Origin: an uncultured Dehalococcoidales bacterium
GTDB taxonomy: Bacteria > Chloroflexota > Dehalococcoidia > GIF9 > AB-539-J10
Direction: 5' to 3'
DNA length: 47,604 bases
Assembly: GCA_964557455.1 (NCBI GenBank)
Contig: CAZLAL010000090.1
Coordinates: forward strand, 1-47,604
The notes under the pieces were generated by a model, which saw nothing but the letters and a program-made list of their open reading frames with translations, was not told the origin of the DNA and ran no database searches. The position numbers were made by a program, and so were the translations under genes. Shown piece by piece: positions 45,947 through 47,604 of the stretch (within the stretch, counting starts at the first letter, position 1; each line of letters starts with the position of its first letter).

Positions 45947-46198
45947 GGCCGGGTCAACAGGAAATCGAGAGTCAGAGGGCAGGGACTGCATTTCCATGAT
46001 AGATGATAAATCAGGAAGAGATGCGGTTTTGCCATTTGGCCTTTAGCGGCTGAGATTATCGCGTGCCACGGCAGTTGGTACCCCACTGTAGTCCCCCCTT
46101 ATCTTAAGGGGAACGTTTAAGGGAAAGGTTGAAGGGAAAAGAGGGACTGGGAGAGGTGCGGCCACCGAAACGTTGTCTAAGCTAGTACTATTCTCTCA

Positions 46199-46227
46199 TT
46201 GACTTGTCTAATGCTGGAAATTATACT
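46199..46227 (+). promoter_or_regulatory. promoter TTGACT-17-TATACT for the downstream zinc-ribbon/nuclease gene
   Basis: TTGACT at 46199-46204, a 17-nt spacer, and TATACT at 46222-46227. GGAGG at 46245-46249 lies 6 nt before ATG 46256. Confidence 0.55.
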
Positions 46228-46255
46228 GTTTTAACTGCATGAACGGAGGCAAGGC

Positions 46256-47604
46256 ATGGCAAAAGTTGCTAAAGAGGCACAGACAGCAAAGGGCCCCCAG
46301 GGCATAATCGGCCTGGGCAAGGATGAGCCGGCTGCCAGAGTGGTGGCCGGAATGCTGGCGTCGAAGATCGTTGACATCAAGCCCCAGCTTGATTTCACCA
46401 CCGAGCTGGGCTTCGTCTATCCGGTCGTGCAACAGACTGCAGGGGTCACAGGCAAGGAAGCGGTAGCAGTTCTGGAATCCCTGACCGAGAGGGGTATATT
46501 GAGAAGAAGCTTCTCTGACAGACTTCTGCAGTGTCCGCGATGTCACTCGATAAACCTGAGGCCGAGCATCCACTGCCCCAAATGCGGCTCAGGAGATATT
46601 GTGCGGGGACGAATCTTTGAGCATTTGGCCTGCGGCTTTGTCGGCGTGGAAGAAGAGTTTGCCAGCAAGGGCAAGTACATATGTCCCAAGTGTAAACTGG
46701 AACTGCGCACTCTGGGCGTCGACTATCAAAGCAGGGGAGTGCTGCGCAAGTGCCGCGATTGTGGCGAGATATTCACCGCGCCATTGCTGAAGTGGCGCTG
46801 CCTGAAGTGTTCCGGGCTTATTAGTGAAGACGAAGTCCAGGAGGTCAATATTTACGCGTATACTCTCGAGGAATCCAAGAAAAACTGGTTGGAATTTGAG
46901 CTTCAGCCTAAAGCACGGTTCGTCGAATTCTTAAAACGGCACGGCTACAAAGTAACGGAAAATGCCAGGGTGAAGGGAAGGTCGGGGGCAGAACACGAAA
47001 TAGATATGCTGGCCACCAGAGATGACGGCGTGGTTACGCATAATGTGGCTATTGGGCTGGAGATTGCCAGGGAAAGAATAGGACTGGACAGGATAATGGA
47101 CTTCGATGTCAAAGCCTTCGATACCGGAGTTCACGATAAAGTGCTTATTGTAATCCCCGCACTGGGCGAAGAGGCGGCCAAGTTTGCCAGCTACCAGGGG
47201 ATAAGAGTGCTGGAACCCAAAGACCTGGAGACGGTGCTGACCGGCGGTGCGGAGCAGCGCCCGGAAATAGTGAAGCAGCCATTTGAATTCAAGTCTAAAT
47301 CACAGCTTATAGAATATCTGAAGAAGCAGGGCTACAGAGTGCGGGAGAACGCTGAGCTGAAAGGTAGGTCCGGTGCTGTCCATAACGTGGACATACTGGC
47401 CATCAAGGATGAGGGCATCATCACCCATCGTATTGCTATTGGTACCCAGGTAGATAAGAAGCCGATGGGCCTGGACAGGGTATTCGACTTCGATGACAAG
47501 GCTTACGATGCCGGAATTATGGATAAGGTGCTTATTGCTGTTCCCGGACTCACCAGGGAGGCCCAGCAGTTTGCTGAGCGGCAGGGAATAGTGGTGTTTG
47601 AGGT
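46256..47604 (+). CDS. multi-zinc-ribbon protein with two tandem PD-(D/E)xK (Hjc/Mrr restriction-endonuclease-like) domains, open at the window end
   Basis: No stop occurs before the window edge, so it is missing from the ORF track. Start: MAKVAKEAQTAKGPQG.... It has five CxxC motifs (CPRC, CPKC, CPKC, CRDC, CLKC). Two ~105-aa repeats follow: FVEFLKRHGYKVTENARVKGRSGAEHEIDMLATRDDGVVTHNVAIGLEI... and LIEYLKKQGYRVRENAELKGRSGAVHNVDILAIKDEGIITHRIAIGTQV.... Confidence 0.8.
   Translation, partial: MAKVAKEAQTAKGPQGIIGLGKDEPAARVVAGMLASKIVDIKPQLDFTTELGFVYPVVQQTAGVTGKEAVAVLESLTERGILRRSFSDRLLQCPRCHSINLRPSIHCPKCGSGDIVRGRIFEHLACGFVGVEEEFASKGKYICPKCKLELRTLGVDYQSRGVLRKCRDCGEIFTAPLLKWRCLKCSGLISEDEVQEVNIYAYTLEESKKNWLEFELQPKARFVEFLKRHGYKVTENARVKGRSGAEHEIDMLATRDDGVVTHNVAIGLEIARERIGLDRIMDFDVKAFDTGVHDKVLIVIPALGEEAAKFASYQGIRVLEPKDLETVLTGGAEQRPEIVKQPFEFKSKSQLIEYLKKQGYRVRENAELKGRSGAVHNVDILAIKDEGIITHRIAIGTQVDKKPMGLDRVFDFDDKAYDAGIMDKVLIAVPGLTREAQQFAERQGIVVFE

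Noticed and set aside
45319-46086. Minus-strand ORFs 45319-45519, 45596-45853, 45675-45944 and 45790-46086, and plus-strand ORF 45430-45678
   Set aside because: They are translations across the tRNA genes (peptides such as GFEPATS and RDSNPRP are tRNA T-arm/acceptor sequence).
46093-46156. Hairpin CCCCTTA-tct-TAAGGGG followed by a purine tract with five G-runs (AAGGGGAACGTTTAAGGGAAAGGTTGAAGGGAAAAGAGGGACTGGG), considered as a G-quadruplex or riboswitch-like element
   Set aside because: Two loops exceed the usual 7-nt G4 limit. It lies upstream of the predicted promoter rather than in a leader, and I recognise no riboswitch consensus.
46208-47134. ORFs 46208-46573 (-), 46599-46790 (+) and 46931-47134 (-)
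   Set aside because: They are nested in the long open + frame starting at 46256, which has a promoter, an RBS, zinc-ribbon motifs and an internal protein repeat.
1-47604. Search for CRISPR arrays, rRNA genes, intact IS elements, retron or group II intron reverse transcriptases, and conjugation genes
   Set aside because: I saw no regularly spaced 25-40-bp repeats, no rRNA-like sequence, no transposase with terminal inverted repeats, no RT motif (YxDD) in any long ORF, and no relaxase or T4SS-like proteins.

Overview
Domain and family calls come from reading motifs in the ORF translations; no BLAST, HMM or tRNA-scanning tool was run. The window is bacterial: it has TTGACA/TATAAT-type promoters, GGAGG ribosome-binding sites, and secG and gatB.

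Positions 1-4556 look like ordinary chromosome. They hold a truncated CPKC thioredoxin-fold gene, a DUF318-type permease and an ArsR/SmtB repressor (one operon), a DUF62 SAM hydroxide adenosyltransferase-family gene, secG and gatB.

tRNA-Ala(CGC) at 4557-4632 is followed by about 40 kb of accessory, compositionally patchy DNA. That DNA ends just before a six-gene tRNA array (Arg-Trp-Leu-Gly-Cys-Leu, 45210-45946) on the same strand as tRNA-Ala. I read this as one or two islands inserted immediately 3' of tRNA-Ala, splitting an ancestral seven-tRNA array.

The accessory segment contains, in order:
- a large serine recombinase whose ORF reads antisense through the tRNA, plus an HTH partner gene
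- a small plasmid/phage-like module: a zinc-ribbon tyrosine recombinase, wHTH-like and sigma-like proteins, and a divergent DnaN clamp paralog
- a 2081-aa secreted beta-helix/BNR surface protein
- a 474-aa orphan and a 1351-aa type IIG restriction-modification fusion
- a GH15 hydrolase and a GT4 glycosyltransferase with a duplicated 3' end
- a decayed tRNA-Ala-like remnant
- a (GCTA)6.5 palindromic microsatellite
- an XRE regulator, an RNase H-fold-like protein and a TIR-like-TPR protein
- a translationally coupled four-gene AddB-like/AddA-like/SbcD-like/hook-less SbcC-like operon
- an HTH-coiled-coil gene pair preceded by a TTGAC repeat array

After the tRNA array, a zinc-ribbon protein with tandem PD-(D/E)xK-like domains runs off the window. 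I saw no rRNA, no CRISPR array and no intact IS element.

The two best candidates for an undescribed system are the island-borne four-gene helicase-nuclease/Mre11-Rad50-like operon and the adjacent TIR-like-TPR locus.
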